Assembly (NCBI RefSeq): GCF_006345805.1
Contig: NC_043012.1
Coordinates: forward strand, 49,104,001-49,168,000
Source: Octopus sinensis
Taxonomy: Eukaryota
Length of the DNA: 64,000 nt
Reading direction: 5' to 3'
A model generated the notes under the pieces. That model ran no database searches. It was given only the letters and a program-made list of their open reading frames with translations, and had not been told where the DNA came from. Below are positions 41,369 to 54,286 of this stretch, one piece after another; positions within the stretch are counted from its first letter, which is position 1, and every line of letters begins with the position of its first letter. The translations under genes were made by a program, and so were the position numbers.

Positions 41369-42081
41369 GGAGTCCGCTTTCGACCACTTGTCATTTTTGT
41401 CGGTCAAGTATTCATCTCTTGTTGCTATAGCGCCACGAATATAAAGAATGAAAGTCCAATGTCCCTAGAAGCCTTGGTTTTGTGTCGTTCAGTGTCTTTA
41501 GAGATGCAGATATACATGGCCTTCCTCCAGGATATAGACGGGAGGTAGATAGGTGGTTTCATTGGTTAGACAGGTTTTGTCTCTTCTAGGTCACATTTAT
41601 TTGAACCTTCTTTAAGGGTTTCGAGTTTAGTGAAATAGCTCAAAACAAGGCTCTTGAGCATTAATTATTACTTTCTTCGTTCTCCCCCCCCCCACCAAAA
41701 AAAGAAAAACAGAAAAAAAGCAGAAAGTGCTCTTGTGATACTATTGTCAACAGTTCAAATTGTTCAACCTGACATCTTTCAAAGCCAGCAGAATCGTTAG
41801 CTCACTGGGCAATATGCTTAGTGGTATTTCGTCCGTCTGCATGCTCTGAGTTAAATTTCGCCGGAGCCGACTTATCCTTTCATCCATTTGAGTCGATAAA
41901 ATATGTACCAGTTGCACACTGGGGTCGAGGTACTCAACTCATCCTTACCTCCCCAAGCTGCCCTTGTTGCAAAAACCTGAAATAATAGTTATTATTGTTA
42001 TACTTCTCAGAGCGCATGGTCTTGTTTGCTCTGGTAGAATCAGTGAGAACGGACAGCAGCCTGCTGTCAGTAGTATTTTTA

Positions 42082-42290
42082 AGGCAGGGAGCTGGCAGAA
42101 TCGTTAGCACATCGGACGAAATGCTTCGTGGCGTTTCGTCTGTTTTTACATTCTAAGTTCAAATTCCGCCGAGGTCGACATTGCCTTTCATCCTTCCGGG
42201 GTCGATAAATTAAGTACCAGTGAAACAGTGGGGTCGATGTAATGCACTAGTCCCCTCCTTCAAAATTTCAAGCCTTGTGCCTATAGTATA
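42082..42290 (+). mobile_element. SINE family A (older subfamily)
   Basis: Head and core match; different tail. Confidence 0.8.
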
Positions 42291-42903
42291 TTATTGAAGA
42301 TGCATGGCCTAGTGGTTAGGGTGATGCGCTCACGATCGTGAGTTCGTGGTTTCAATTTCTAAATCGGGCGGTGCGTTGTGTTCTTGAGCAAAACACTTTA
42401 GCTCACGTTGCTCTCTGCGATCATTTCGACTCCTGACGCATGGTACTCCGTGCACTTGTTCGGGCAACGTCGATTTGAAGGAGCGTGAGTGAGCTAATAA
42501 TGTACAGCACATACATTTGGGAAGATCGTTCTGAAAAAGTTAAACACTCATACGTCGTCTTCGACGGGAGGGTCCATCATTATTATTATTGTATATTGCA
42601 CTTGTCTTTTACATAATTTCCATGATGGTGCGTCCATGCTTGCTTAATGGGTCACTTTTGAAGCTGGAAAGCATTTTGAGTTCAATGTAAAGAAAGATAC
42701 AAAAAAACCCCAACAATAAAGGTATACCCAAAGGGTCAAACACTATGTTTTCCCTGCCGCGAGGATAAATGCCCAATGCATTCCAGGAAGTTCAATGTTG
42801 AAAATCATTTGCGAAGAAACATTTTCCTGCAGCTGTATTTGGTAAAAATATACTTAGCATGTTTTGCAACACGCCTGTACCGTACAGAGCAAACAAAATG
42901 ATG

Positions 42904-43170
42904 AATGATTAATGATGATGAGGATGATGATGATGATGATGATGATGAGGATGATGATGATGATGATGATAATGATGATGATAATGATAATAATAACGAT
43001 GATAATGATGATGAGGATGATGATGATGATGACGACGATGCCGAAGACGTTGCTGCTGTTGATGATGATAACGGTGATGATGATGAGGATGATGACGACG
43101 ACACCGAAGACGTTGCTGCTGTTGATGATGATGATGACAATGACGACGACGACACCGACGCGGACAATAA
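42904..43170. repeat. (GAT)n microsatellite with an internal ~60-bp duplication
   Basis: Direct reading; CCGAAGACGTTGCTGCTGTTGATGATGAT occurs twice. Confidence 0.9.
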
Positions 43171-43797
43171 TCATGTTGAGTGTCTTTATCAAGATGACTT
43201 TATCATAATAACAGGGATTTAAAAAAAAAATTAAAATCAATTTGAATAATTATAACAATTTGAAGAAAAAGAAGGAGAAAATATAGGAAAAAGAACGAAA
43301 ACTGAAATAGCAGTATTAATATTTATAGATTATAACAGATACAGCAGCAAAATTGTAGGAGAAACAGCAGCAATACGTTTGACATGCTTTCTGAGATAGT
43401 TCGTCTGTTACTTTAAAGCATCATGTGTATTAGTAATAGGGTGATGATCTCATAGCAAGCAGTTTGTATGAGTGTAGGGGTGGGGTATTGATGAAGAAAG
43501 TGCATCCATGTTAGTGCCAGATAATCAATCAATGTACTAGTGTATTCAGACTCAATTCGATCATCTTAGATGTTAACTGTAAGATGTTTTACCCCTTGAG
43601 GACAGTTTGGATCCACAGAGAGGTTATCGAAAAATTCTAAACGTTGCAGTCAGCCTGGAACAAAATGATCAATGAGCAGCTGATGAGTAATTAGTTCGAT
43701 GTTTAGGCAAATAATCATACGGCGCCTGATCCAACACATCAGTACATACATAGATACATAAACACGCACGTGCATGTTTACATATACGTATATACGC

Positions 43798-43836
<39 letters not shown>

Positions 43837-44004
43837 ACACACGCTCACTCATACACATGTACCCAATGCACACTAACCAAAATTAATATGATATCGGATC
43901 GGAGGAGGCCTGTTGATGTGTTGACGACTAATTTCCTGATGCATCAAAAAAAAAAAAAGCAATATTAGTAAATACTGTTCAACGTTGTAAGAAGTAAAGG
44001 TATA

Positions 44005-44235
44005 AGGCGGCGAGCTGGCAGAAACGTTAGCACGCCGGGCGAAATGCGTAGCCGTATTTCGTCTGCCGTTACGTTCTGAGTTCAAATTCCACCGAGGTCG
44101 ACTTTGCCTTTCATCCTTTCGGGGTCGATAAATTAAGTACCTGTTACGCACTGGAGTCGATATAATCGACTTGATCCGTTTGTCTGTCCTTGTTTGTCCT
44201 CACTATGTTTAGCCCCTTGTGGGTAGTAAAGAAAT
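44005..44235 (+). mobile_element. SINE family A
   Basis: Full-length copy. Confidence 0.85.
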
Positions 44236-44259
44236 ATGTATGCACACCCACATAATAAC

Positions 44260-44327
<68 letters not shown>

Positions 44328-44334
<7 letters not shown>

Positions 44335-44632
44335 GTAATATGTGACAATTATTCGGTAGCCAAGATAAAACTCTGAGTTTCGGATGCCGACGAGGAAATC
44401 CACGCCACCATCTCTTCAGTTATCCGGCCATGATCAATGAGCAGCTGATGAGTAATTAGTTGATTAATTAATAAGAGATGGTGGCGTGGATTTCCACCTC
44501 GGCATCCGAAACTCAGAGTTTTATCTTGGCTACCGAATAATTGTCACATATTACATTTACAGATAAATTCCTCTATTTACATAATATTGAGGTTTCTTTC
44601 TTTCTTTTGTTATCTTACCGTTTTTACCAATA
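44328..44632. mobile_element. Penelope-type pseudo-LTR fragment with 5' inverted segment
   Basis: Inverted arms ~44328-44416 and ~44473-44560; hammerhead motif; microsatellite flanks. Confidence 0.65.
44363..44425 (-). ncRNA. Type I hammerhead ribozyme in a Penelope-type inverted insert
   Basis: Minus: GGAUAA-CUGAAGA-GAUG...CAUC-c-GAAA-CUCAGAG-UU-UUAUCU. Stem I GAUAA/UUAUC, stem III ACUC/GAGU, GUU triplet. Confidence 0.7.
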
Positions 44633-44854
44633 CATATATATAAAAGCGATAATGGTGTCATTGAGACCCAAAGGTGAAAGGTAATGCAGAATAAGTGCTA
44701 TAGACAGACCACAGTTAAGTTCCAGAATCGGTAATATTGCGAATAAAGGGTTCAACGTTGGTTCTATATCAGCGTGTGTATATATGAATTTTTTGCATAA
44801 TGAGATAAAAAAAACCCAAGGCTGTATAGATATTAGAGCATTTATAGATAGAAG

Positions 44855-44909
44855 GTCTTACAGCTGTTTCTAGAATATTAATTAATAATAATATCCCTTC
44901 ATCCGAGAC
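44855..44909 (-). ncRNA. Hammerhead-like motif (one core substitution)
   Basis: Minus: GUCU-CGGAUGA-a-GGGAUAUU...AAUAUUCU-a-GAAA-CAGCUG-UA-AGAC; palindromic stem III ACAGCUGU. Confidence 0.65.
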
Positions 44910-46183
44910 GGTGTGAGAGGAAAAGTTGTCATAGTTAGTTTCGATGTGATATAAATAGAGAGTGAGGTGGAGGAAAGAAAATAGATGTAAGATGTATGGT
45001 TATTGAATTCGTAAATCCGTTTTATAGGCATAATGGTATATATGTGTATTATTCCAATATCCTTTGAGTAAAATCCAAAAGTCCAACAGAACTCAATAAC
45101 CATACATATCTTACATCTATTTTCTTTCCTCCACCTCACTCTTTATTTCGTAGCAGAAGCGAAATATGGGATTCAAGTTTTTGAAGGCGAAACCCTTAGT
45201 TTATTCTTGGATCGATCAATCGAGCTATCCGTCCGTCCACCCGTCTGACTGTCCATCCAGCCTCAGTCGGTCAGTCACCCAGCCATCCAGCCATGCGTAC
45301 GCAGATAGTCATAGATTTATATATTTTAACTTATACTTGCTGAACAAGTCGAGTCCTGCATATATTTCTAAACTCTCGTTCATATTCCATCGGTCTCTTT
45401 TAACGAACCATCAAAGTACGGGACGTAAACAAACCAACACCGGTTGACAGGCACACACGTACAATCATATATATATATATATATATATATGACGGGCTTC
45501 CACACAGTTTCTCTCTACCAAATTATCCCACAAGGCATTAGTCGGCAAAGGGGCTGGAGTTAGTAGAAGTCTTTTGCCCAAATTGCCATACATATATATA
45601 TGTATGTATGTATAATGTATATATATATATATGTATGTATACGTGTTTGTATGTGTGTTTTTTGTACATGTATGTATATATGTAAGTGGAATCGTTAATC
45701 TCGTTACACTTTTTTCTCTCACCATTTTTTCTTCTCTCCCTATTTTTTCCTATCATCCCATGGCGTCGTAGAGCTTAGCCTCGAAACGTCAAAGACTTTT
45801 CTGTTTTTCCCCAGTGTCAAACTCCTAACTTTATCTGCTTGTTGTTTCCTCACCTGTCTCTGTGTTTTGTTTTCTTTACATTTGAACCATATACATATAT
45901 ATGACATGACTACAATATGAACTGACAAATCTAACATTCATTCATCAAAGTGGACCATCTGAAAATGAAGCAGAATTTCGGCGTAGATATAAAACAGTAG
46001 AAATCTCAAAAGACGGACAGCGTATATAGACATAACCATCTAGTTCTGTACGTTCTCTCTTGTATCTTGTATATGTGTATCTATACACACCTATAATTCA
46101 TATTTTGTGAGTCTCTGTGCAAAAGTCTGTATCTAGGTCTGTCTGTCTTCTGTCTGTCTGTCTGTATGTGTGTATGTACGTAT

Positions 46184-46609
46184 AGGCGCAGAAGTGGCTA
46201 TGTGGTAAATAGCTTGCTTACCAACCACATGGTTCCGGGTTCATTCCCATTGCGTGGCACCTCGAGTAAGTGTCTTCTACTATAGCCTCGGGCCGACCAA
46301 AGCCTTGTGACTGGATTTGGTTGACGGAAACTGAAAGAAGCCCGTCGTATATATACATTTATGTGTGTGTGTGTGAGTGTGTGTGTTTGTGTGTGTGTTT
46401 GTGTGTCTGTGTTAGTCCCTCCAACGTCGCTTGACAACCGATGGTGGTGTGTTTACGTCCCGGTTACTTAGCGGTTCGGCAAAACAAACCGATACAATAA
46501 GTACCAGGCTCCCAAAGAATAAGTCCCGGGGTCGATTCACGTGACTAGAGGTGGTGCTCCAACATGGCCACAGTGAAGTGATTGAAACAAGTAAAAGAGA
46601 TAAAAGAGA
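46184..46609 (+). mobile_element. SINE family B
   Basis: Full-length copy. Confidence 0.85.
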
Positions 46610-46629
46610 TGTATGTATGTATGCATGTA

Positions 46630-46707
<78 letters not shown>

Positions 46708-47135
46708 CATAGATAGATAAACAGAGAGAGAGAGAGAGGGGGAGAGATAGAGGGGGAAAGAGAGAGTGAGGAAGATAAATTGAGAGAGAGAGAGAGAGAG
46801 AGACGGAGAGAGAGAAACACAAACAGAGAGACAATCATTTAGAAACAATGTTTTCGCAGATTTTCTGGCAAAAAGAAAAGAAAAGAAATAAAAGATTGTT
46901 CTAAGGTTTTGCAACGTAATCTTTGAACCGAAGTAGCAATATATTGCTTATGAAATTTATGAAAAATGAGATTCTTAATGTAAAACTAATTCTTGCGCTT
47001 AAACCCCTCCATAATACACGGTCACGTGATAGGAATTTTGTGTTAATAAAAATACCTCTTAGTGACTACGTGACTACTTAATGAATAATAATAGGTTGTG
47101 GCAATACAACATCATGAATCCAATATTGTAACTAG

Positions 47136-47220
<85 letters not shown>

Positions 47221-47224
47221 AATA

Positions 47225-47263
<39 letters not shown>

Positions 47264-47282
47264 TGATAATAATAATGGTATA

Positions 47283-47765
47283 AAAGATGGGCTACAGTAA
47301 ATACTCTGCTCAATACCACAGATTTGCTTGCCAGTTGTTTGACCGTAACCAGTTGAGCATGTCCCTTAGTGGCTGACGATATGTGCATCTTTGATCACGA
47401 GCAGAAGTAGTGGGGGAGCATCATAGCCATGTGTTGAGAGGGATTCTTTGAGGTTTGAATAATTCACCCCTAGAAACTTCGGTATTTCAGTTAACATCCT
47501 TAAACAACCCTTATTCAGGGACCTTATGAGCGGGATGGGTTACTCGACCTGAAGAAAATTCTAACTGGGCCCCACCTGTAAGGTCATGTGCTGTTTATCT
47601 TGGTTTGAGATCACCATGTCGCGCACATATGTTTGTGATGCATGTGCCTGGTGTACCCTTATCAGACGGGTAGTCATGATGGGTATACTGGGCTTCGTAT
47701 ATCTTACCCCAGTGTCACTTTGATGGTATACACTGCTCTCTCACTCAATAATAATAATAATAACA
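47283..47765 (+). mobile_element. Non-coding retroposon within a (TAA)n tract, with (TAA)n tail; partial reverse copy at ~31520-31680
   Basis: Two homologous copies in the window; ends CTCTCTCACTCAATAATAATAA. Confidence 0.6.
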
Positions 47766-48013
47766 AAAGAATAATATATGTGTGTGTATGCGTTCGTGTT
47801 TGTGAATGAGCGAGTGTGTGTGTAGGCACATGCAAGGATGTGTACACAGACAGCACACACACGCACACACACATCTTTGATTGTAAGTATTTTCTCTTCA
47901 CCCAACCGGCAATACATTGAAACTATGCAAAGGCTCGAGATCATTCTGCTTACTGTTTCCTAACCAGAAAGAAATTTGTACACCCAGAGTTAAAAGTAGA
48001 AAGAAATCACCAT

Positions 48014-48014
<1 letters not shown>

Positions 48015-48080
<66 letters not shown>

Positions 48081-48240
48081 GCTACTACTACTACTACTAC
48101 TAGTGCTGCTGCTACTACTACTACTACTACTACTGCTACAACTGATGATGATGATGACGTTGATAATAATACTGCTACAACTGATGATGATGATGATGTT
48201 GATAATAATACTGCTACAACTGATGATGATGATGATGTTG

Positions 48241-48296
<56 letters not shown>

Positions 48297-48345
48297 TATA
48301 ATAATAAGAAGAAGAACAAGAAGAAGCAGAAGAAGAAAAAGAAGA
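48015..48345. repeat. Compound trinucleotide microsatellite (CTA/GAT/ATA/AGA)
   Basis: Direct reading. Confidence 0.9.
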
Positions 48346-48354
48346 ATTGTTTCA

Positions 48355-49020
48355 AATTTTGGCACAAGGCCAGCAATTTCGAAGAAGGGGTAGGTCGATT
48401 ACGTCGACCTAGTACTCAATTGGAACCTATTCTATTGATCCTAGAAGGATGAAAAGGTAAAGTCGAGCTCGGTGGAATTTGAACTTAGAACATAAAGACA
48501 GACAAATATATATATATATACATTATGTCCGGCGTGCAAACGATTCTGGCAGCTTACCGCCTTAACAACGATAGCAGCAACAGCAGTAACAACAACAACA
48601 ACAATAATTATTAATATTATTTCTACTCTAGACTCAAGGCATTGAAAAGTTTTTGGGGAAGAGAGCTAGTCGATTACATTGACCCCAGTGCGCAACTGGT
48701 ATTTATTTCCTCGATCCCGAAGGGATAGAGAGGCAAGGTCAACCCCAGCGGAATTTGAACTCAAAATCTAGCGGCAGATGAAATACCTATTTCTTTATTA
48801 CCCACAAGGGGCTAAACACAGAGAGGACAAACAAGGACAGACAAACGGATTAAGTCGATTATATCGATCCCAGTGCGTAAATGGTATTTAATTTATCGAC
48901 CCCGAAAGGATGAAAGGCAAAGTCGACCTCGGTGGAATTTGAACTCACAACGTAACGGCAGACGAAATACCGCTAAGCATTTCGCCCAGCGTGCTAAAAA
49001 TTCTGCCAGCTCGCCACCTT
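48355..49020 (-). mobile_element. Cluster of SINE family A copies
   Basis: Three reverse units. Confidence 0.8.
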
Positions 49021-50416
49021 AAAAACAGCAGCAGCAGTTGTAACAACAACAACAGCAACAATTATTGGCTCTAGGGCAGTAATTGTAATGAAGTGCTAGG
49101 CATGGCGTGGATATCAGCATTTTACTGGTACCTTATATATTACTGATCTCTCAGAGCTTGTCGGAAAAAGACTTCGCCAGTCTTTGAACTCGAAACATAA
49201 AGAGGGAGAACAAATGCCAGAAAGTATTTTGCCGACGCTGTGTCCATTCAGGCACCACGCAGCGATTTTCATAATATTGATTCTAATTCGGGCACAAAAC
49301 CAGAAATTTGAGGGGAAGGGTTTAGTGGCAGAACTATTACGTTTTGGAACCGGGAAGAGGAAATAAAGATGTCCTCGGTGATTTTTGGAGTCGGAAGAAA
49401 TACCACAAGGCATTTTCTGACACAGCAATGAATCTTGCAAGCGAAAGAAAGAGGATGAAGGAAGGAAGCAACAACAACAACAGCAACAACAACGACAATA
49501 ACAACAAGAACAACAACAGTATAATGTAAGATTATAGATATAAAATAATAGGGATATAATAAGATAATAGATATAAATACGCTAGCCATGCCAGTTATAA
49601 ATTACAGCTTCAGTATAACAAAGTGGAGGCTAAGTGAGTTAAAAAGAATAGGAAAAGGCAAAAGATCATTGGCAGCGCACGGAAGCCACCATTCCAAAGG
49701 AGATACAGAATATACCAATCTCACACGCAAAGGAATGGTAGCCTGACACAAATAGAAGACTACTATCAACTATCAACAATCGGACTGGAAAAGTACTTAA
49801 AAACAAAAAGTGGAAGACTGATGAACGTAAAAGAGAGACATGAAAAAGAAAAAGAAAAAGAAAAAAGAAGCAAAAAGAATAAATAATAAAAAAATAAGTA
49901 AGAAATAACATCTTTTCTGTATACAAATGGAAGCGATAAAGCACAAACAGAAAGGCTAAAATGAAACGATAATTTTAGATAAAAACACAACAAAAATTGT
50001 AGAAGAGGTAAAATATAATGCTAGAGTAGTCACAGAATATACTAAAGACGGTACAGACGAGAAAACGAAGCTACTCGTCAGTTAATACTACAGAAACGTC
50101 GACCGAGGAGACGTAAGCCAAAGTGAATGCCAGCAATGATTCAAAAGTTCCAGACTAAAAGCAGAAACGAAAGGACTCGTTCGCATGCACAAGGCTATTA
50201 CCTGATCACAAGCAATCATGAAAGGGAAAGCAAAAAAAAAAAAGTGAAAATACAGAATATGCAACCAGCACAATGAGACGGTTGACAACATCATCTCTGG
50301 CTGGGCAGTGTTTGCAGAATTCGAAAACATGCACACGGATAGATATCGAAATCAATGCGGCTTGAAAACGCAGGAGAAGACCATATTGTAGGGGAAAGCG
50401 ATGAAATTCAGAAATG

Positions 50417-50837
50417 GGATCTTTTCGGTTTGAACGGCAGTTTTTAACATAATTTCTAGGTAACTAAAACATTTTAAACTTCGTATACTGGTAGAATGTG
50501 TTTATTAAAAATCTTTTTCTCTTGGCTTTATTGAGAAAATTCTATAGTTTGTAAGATATATGTTGTTTTTTCTTCAATTTCTGCAATTTCAACCAATCAA
50601 TTACGTCTATTGAAGTAAAAAGCATTCGGTGCCGTATGAATATGTCCCTCGTTTAAGAAACAGATTGGGTTTATTTACATTTGTGAAGAAAAAATGATAC
50701 CCTTCCCCCCACCCCTAACCCTAACCCTAACCCTAAAACAGATTGAAATGCAATAGATCGATACTAGGGTCATAATTATGGGTGACAATTTCATATGACA
50801 CCGCTAGAAAAAACAGCCGTTCAAACCGAAAAGATCC
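50417..50837. mobile_element. Same MITE family, opposite orientation; partial third copy at ~38286-38378
   Basis: Same TIRs; TSD CAGAAATG/TAGAAATG; internal (CCCTAA)4. Confidence 0.92.
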
Positions 50838-51034
50838 TAGAAATGTACTAAATGCAAATTATATACAGGGCCATGAACACCGAAATTTCACACAGAGTAA
50901 GAGTAGGATGGAAAAACCTTGTGTATGAATCTCCTTAACAGCACCGTCCTATCTGCGCTCTTATATGCAAGTGAGATGTGGACTACGATGCAGAAAACTG
51001 ATTGCCTACAACTCTAAGGTCTTGGAAAGATATC

Positions 51035-51490
51035 CTCTTTTACTCTTTTACTTGTTTCAGTCATTTGACTGCGGCCATGCTGGAGCACCGCCTTTAGTCG
51101 GGCGAATCGACACCAGGACTTATTCTTAGTAAGCCTAGTACTTATTCTATCGGCTCCTTTTGCCGAACCGCTAAGTCACGGGAACGTAAACAGACCAGCA
51201 TCGGTTGTCAAGTGATGTTGGCGAGGGGGAACAAAAACAGACACACAAACATATAGACACACATACATATGTATATATATATACACACGCACACACACAC
51301 ACACACATATATATATACATATATACGACGGGCTTCTCCCAGTTTCTGTCTACCAAATCCACTCACAAGGTTTTGGTCGGCCCGAGGCTATAGTAGAAGA
51401 CACTTGCCCAAGGTGCCACGCAGTGGGACTTAATCCGAAACTATGTCGTTCGTAAGCAAGCTACTTACCACACAGTCACTCCTGTGCCTA
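51035..51490 (-). mobile_element. SINE family B
   Basis: Full-length reverse copy. Confidence 0.85.
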
Positions 51491-51879
51491 TGATGAAAGT
51501 TTCATTGAAAGCCAATATTAGCTCATAAGGCCCAAACAAGAATGTCGAAGAGAGCTCAGATTAGTTAAGACGTAAAGGCTGTGGAAAGGCCAGTGCTAAG
51601 GATTCCATAGCAAGAGCATATCTGTATGATTTTGCTGGAGAACTCAGGGGAGAGAAAGATGTGATCATGGAATACCAAAAACCTCATTACAATGTAGCAG
51701 AGCAGTTGTGGGGAAGAAAGAAAACACCTTTTGACCAGCGATCTTTAGGGACATCTCATAGTTTCATTGATGTAAAGAAAAAAAAAACCCACAGGGATAA
51801 AAAACGGTAAATGACCCATTAAACAACTATTATTCATGGGTGACTTAATATTTTTAAGTTAGAATGAAAATCAATCTGA

Positions 51880-52085
51880 TACATTAGGGAACAACGGACG
51901 GGTATTAAATGAAATCATAAGAATGGAATTTAGCAGCAATAAGTGTAGCATCCTTTTCCTGGAAGTAGGCAAATTTTTTGAGAGAGGAATTGACATCCCA
52001 ACAGGTGAGAATATAAAAGAAACTGATAACACAGCCGAGTATAAGTATTTAGGAAATTGGAAACATGAAAGACAAAATGAATGAA

Positions 52086-52133
<48 letters not shown>

Positions 52134-52297
52134 GGTAAGAGTGCACTGAAAATATGAATGCCACAAGGACCAAGAATTTATCAAAATCCCGTCTGAAATG
52201 TAAAGATGTTATCGCAACTATCAACTGAAGTGCAGACATCAACTGAAACAGCAAAGAACTGCAAGATATTGATAGGAAAACTAGAAACATACTGACA

Positions 52298-52335
<38 letters not shown>

Positions 52336-52930
52336 ACTTTGCAAAAAAGATGATATTGATAGACTTTAGAAGTAAACAAAAATGGTGGAAATAGTTTGAT
52401 AAGAGTGAAAAATTTTGTTGAAATGGAGGAACACTGTCTGCACAAATATGTGGTAGAGAATAACGAAAAATGCTGAGAGCTGTCAAAAAAGAAGGAACAC
52501 TAAAAGCCAGAAAAAACAAAGGGAAAATATAAAATAAAATAAAATAAAATGAAATACTGACATGAAAATGTATGGTATTTGCTTCAGAAACATCGTATAT
52601 AGGACTTGAACTTGGGACTAGTAAAGAAAATGTGTTTAAAGAAGGCCACAAAATGTACTAAAACGACAACCGAAGAACATGCCATAGAAACACGAGTAAT
52701 TAAAACAATCCATACAAAAGGAGTCTGTATTGCTACTATGCGACGAGAGAAGCCACCATCCACTCTGTGTCACAGTGTGAGAAGCTGACTGCAAAGCAAT
52801 TGCATTTATGATTACACACTGATGTGTAAAACATAAAATAGAGGATACAGAAAAGAGACATGAGCAGAAATGAATTCAAGTTATCGAAAATGAACAGGGG
52901 TAAAAATTATGGGACATGAAAATCCTAGCA
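51880..52930 (+). mobile_element. Decayed R4/Dong-like LINE remnant with microsatellite insertions
   Basis: IRMEFSSNKC, YKYLG and ELQDIDRKTRNILT relics. Confidence 0.55.
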
Positions 52931-53263
52931 AGGAAGGATATGGAGTTCTTAACCTTCTCACTGCGGTAATCAGACATATCCTCTCAAATTTTCATTGCAA
53001 GTATCTGCCGAAAACAGTTTCATGTACCAATGTATCTTTCGTTGAGGAATGTCAAGGTTTGAAACTATATTTTCTCTTGTTGAAATATGTCAGGTTTAAA
53101 GCAGCAACGTGACTTGTAGAAAATACTGACCGTATTTTTGATAGATATTTACCATCATTACTGGAATAACCATAAAATTTAATTTCACATTTAAAGGTTT
53201 AATACCAGAGTTCGTTATAATAGGGAAAGCTATTTGAATTGTCATGATAATAGATGAAGCCTG

Positions 53264-53333
<70 letters not shown>

Positions 53334-53467
53334 TATATATATATAACAATTTAGGAGTGACCCTAACAGGTCACTCGTCCACCAGAAAGAGCAGCCATAA
53401 CTCACACCGCCAAGTAGTAGTAATTCAGAAATTAGGTGAAAATTTAAAAACATTTACCCTAATTCAT

Positions 53468-53567
53468 CTTTTAGACGTTGCAACGTTTCTGTGTCATTAA
53501 TGATTAAATTAGCTTAATTAAATTAAATTAAGCTAATCTACCATAGGTTACACTTCATCAGTAAAAA
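53468..53567 (-). ncRNA. Type I hammerhead ribozyme, unit 1 (intact core)
   Basis: Minus strand reads UUUUUA-CUGAUGA-a-GUGU...ACAC-a-GAAA-CGUUGCAACG-UC-UAAAAG; stems I, II and III can all pair. Confidence 0.75.
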
Positions 53568-53940
53568 ACCTGGGAGAGACAAATATACACGAGGCGTCTG
53601 TATCGATGCCTACGGAATATCTGTCTTAAAATTTTCAAGACTGACGTATTCGCGCCAAACTTATCAGCAGTAAATATAAACTGCCGATTCAATCTCAGAA
53701 TTATTCAGAAAATTATCAATTAGTCAATTTAGGGTAGCAAAAAAATTCAATAGAAATTTATCGCTACCAGCGGCCTGGTGGAAAAGAGAAAATAGTCATC
53801 GACTAAATATATAAATATAACAATTTAGGAGTGACCCTAACAGGTCACTCGTCCACCAGAAAGAGCAGCCATAACTCACACCGCCAAGTAGTAGTAATTC
53901 AGAATTAGGTGAAAATTTAAAAACATTTACCCTAATTCAT

Positions 53941-54040
53941 CTTTTAGACGTTGCAACGTTTCTGTGTCATTAATGATTAAATTAGCTTAATTAAATTAAA
54001 TTAAGCTAATCTACCATAGGTTACACTTCATCAGTAAAAA
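53941..54040 (-). ncRNA. Type I hammerhead ribozyme, unit 2 (intact core)
   Basis: Same motif as unit 1. Confidence 0.75.
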
Positions 54041-54286
54041 ACCTGGGAGAGACAAATATACACGAGGCGTCTGTATCGATGCCTACGGAATATCTGTCTT
54101 AAAATTTTCAAGACTGACGTATTCAATTGACTAATTGATAATTTTCTGAATAATTCTGAGATTGAATCGGCAGTTTATATTTACTGCTGATAAGTTTGGC
54201 GCGAATACGTCAGTCTTGAAAATTTTAAGACAGATATTCCGTAGGCATCGATACAGACGCCTCGTGTATATTTGTCTCTCCCAGGT

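Noticed and set aside
42905-43222. 105-aa Asp-rich ORF resembling acidic biomineralisation proteins
   Set aside because: It is a (GAT)n microsatellite open in several frames on both strands; no signal peptide or splice evidence.
43665-43700. CTGATGAG as a hammerhead core
   Set aside because: No downstream stem II or GAAA.
50700-50740. Chromosome end or telomere fusion site
   Set aside because: Only four repeats, lying inside a MITE with TIRs and TSD.
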